Origin: Chiloscyllium plagiosum
Taxonomy: Eukaryota
Direction: 5' to 3'
Length of the DNA: 64,000 bases
Assembly: GCF_004010195.1 (NCBI RefSeq)
Contig: NC_057718.1
Location: 16,646,192-16,710,191, forward strand
How positions within the stretch are numbered: position 1 is the first letter of the stretch; every line of letters begins with the position of its first letter. Below are positions 61,628 through 64,000 of this stretch, piece by piece. Below the pieces are notes generated by a model, which searched no databases, was not told the DNA's origin, and was given only the letters and a program-made list of their open reading frames with translations. Made by a program: the position numbers and the translations under genes.

Positions 61628-63704
61628 CGCCTATAAAAATATATAGAAATAATCTGCAATTGATTATTGGCCTTATTTTAAATTTCTGGAGCACAGCGGT
61701 TACAGGACGCTCAATCCCAGTGTGTGCTGGGGGGGAACCATCACACACACAAACAAGATAACTAACAAGATTGCACAAACAAGATAACTAAAATTACAAT
61801 GTAATCTTTTTCCAATGGAATCTGATTTTATGTATTTTGCCTGAGAGTTACTATGGGTATTATACTGAATTTTCTATCTAAAAGTTTACACATTAGTGTC
61901 AAAATCCAAAATGGTTATCTATACAAAATGTTTTGAATAATTTGTGCTTACACAGCAGCCCCTGGTGTGATATCTCACTAATAGCTGCAATAAAACTTTC
62001 TGATAAACATTCTGCTTTTGTTTCAAATTGATGAAACGTTCTTCAAATTTTATGAACCATTTGTTAATTAATGTTAGAGAGTCTGCTTTCCAGCTGCTTA
62101 AAGTGTTTTGTAAAATGAGGGGTATTAATTTATAAAATAAAGTTTCAAAATCTACCTGAATTTTGCTATCAAAAATAATCTGTAAATTTCAAACATTCAC
62201 AACATTGGAATATATAAAACCACAGATTGATTATTATTCCCTGCAGAAATGTGCAAAAACAATCTTGTTATACATCTGGTACTACAATGATTAATAAGTT
62301 AGCAATACATGCTAACCCATTTGAATTTCTGTTTCATCCTCATCAATTTTTAACTTATAATTATTTCAATAATCTTTTTACTGACAGAGCCCCAAAGCAA
62401 ACTTTGCCCAAGTACACAGACAATGCCAGCTGGCTCATTTTAAATGTATTAATGTGACAAGTCAGCCAGTAAGGGGATGTTGCAGCTTCAGTTCTGGAAA
62501 AGGTGGAAGAGTGAGAATTAAAACTGTAACAAACCTTCGTGGCATTTTATGAGACTAGTTTAGCTACAAATGTCTTCACATTACTTTGTTGCATTTATAA
62601 TTTTTTTAGTTCTACATAGCCTTTTTGAACCCTCATTTTGCTTCCCATTTACCCCCTCAATCACACATCATGCAGAATTTCAAAATAACAGAAGAAATTT
62701 CAAATTTTATTAAACTGGAAAAAAATTAAATATAAAATACATCATCAAAATGTTAAAATATGATGTACAGGTCAACTCAACTGGGAAAAAAAACTGAAGT
62801 AAAATCTAGGATCATTAAACTGAAACCAGTGGCCAAGCTTTTGTGGAATCTAGAAAATGCTGCAGACCTTTAAAAATGACAGATAGGAGATGGATGAAGA
62901 AATAAAATCCCCATTTCTGATAGAATCAATTTTTGCCATTGAGTGAAAGGGTAGGGTGTGGTGCACACAGATGGGAAATTGGAATTCAGCAGGAACATTC
63001 AAATTAGTCCATGCAAACCCTATTTTGTTTGTTTTTAAGGCCTTAGCCCAACTGTGGAGTCATGAACTGATGGAGTAAACTTAACTTACCTGAAACAGAT
63101 ATTGACATTTTAAATTTAAATCCTCAATTTTTTAAACATAAAATAAACAGGTTGGAGCTGTTAATGTGAGTTAGTAAAAAGACCTTTTGCTGGAGTAAAT
63201 GTTAGAGAAAAACTGCTGGTCTATTTTGATTGATAGGCCATCTGTTTTTTAAATGACCAATTTTTGTGTAGTTTCATTAGAATTCTTCGTTGATATTTTC
63301 CCAAGGGCTCTTATTATGTTATTATGAAAGGTTGGCTGAGTTTCAAACATGACATCTTAACAGGATGTTCTGAGTTCACTGTGTGATTGATAGCTTAAAG
63401 GAGCTATTAAAGGAATGCTCGCATTTGATGTGGCATTTGAGTGATAGTCTATTTTTAAAGGAGTTAAGTAATTTGAGGAGATTTAAAAGCTTTGAATCAG
63501 TTTCATGAATTATATGATTTAGCTATCAACTGTGTGTGAATGAGAGCTGTATTAGATTGTAATAATTATTTTTTCACCTTCATATGGTTCCTAAAATCTG
63601 TCTATGCTGGATATTGGTCAGTGTCTATGAAGGTGGAATGTAGAGTTTGAGGGGCCATGAGAGTAAATGAGGGTCACGATTTAGCATGGAATTGTCATGG
63701 GGTT

Positions 63705-64000
63705 AAGAAGAAAGGAGGAGGACATGCCTCCATCTTTATCAACGAAGTGGAGGTGGAGAGTGGTGAAGACTGTCAAGTTCCTAGGAGTAATGATAACCAA
63801 CAACCTGTCCTGGACTTCCGACGCAGACGCAATGGTCATGAAAGCACAACTCAGGCGGCTTAGGAAATTCAGCATGTCCATAAAGGACCCTCACCAACCT
63901 TTACAGATGCACCATAGAAAGCATACCATCCAGATGCATAATGGCCCGATACTACAACTGCTTTGCCCACGACCGTAAGAAATTACAGAAGGTTATGTGC
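63705..64000 (+). mobile_element. Rex1-like LINE fragment (runs off the window)
   Basis: VKFLGVMITNNLSW, RRLRKFSMS motifs. Confidence 0.85.

Noticed and set aside
61748..61791. 18-bp direct repeat cacaaacaagataactaa
   Set aside because: Simple local slippage duplication with no further structure.

Overview
This is repeat-rich vertebrate genomic DNA, almost certainly from a cartilaginous fish (shark), judged by HE1-type SINEs, HER1/CR1 LINEs and Deu-domain SINEs. The window appears to lie inside the SDCCAG8 gene on the minus strand. Only one coding exon is visible (143 bp, 5993-6135, AG/GT boundaries); the rest is intron (>5.9 kb downstream, apparently >57 kb upstream). Almost all ORFs in the supplied track are decayed retroelement fragments or noise. 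The intron holds nested CR1 LINEs (one apparently full-length, ~4.5 kb), Rex1-like LINEs, L2 and Vingi-like relics, a Copia (GalEa-like) integrase relic, a probable solo LTR, two TA-flanked Tigger/pogo-like MITEs and several SINE families. Highlights: (1) about 14 short Penelope-like insertions in three sequence families, most carrying a minimal hammerhead-ribozyme core (CUGANGA-A-helix II-GAAA + palindromic 4-mer), with breakpoints clustered at that core; (2) an intronless EYA3 retropseudogene broken up by LINEs; (3) two poly(A) retro-insertions at the same nucleotide inside the solo LTR, with apparent serial 3' transductions; (4) two locally templated duplications at breakpoints inside LINEs. 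Family names come from motif recognition, not database searches, and boundaries of old repeats are approximate.
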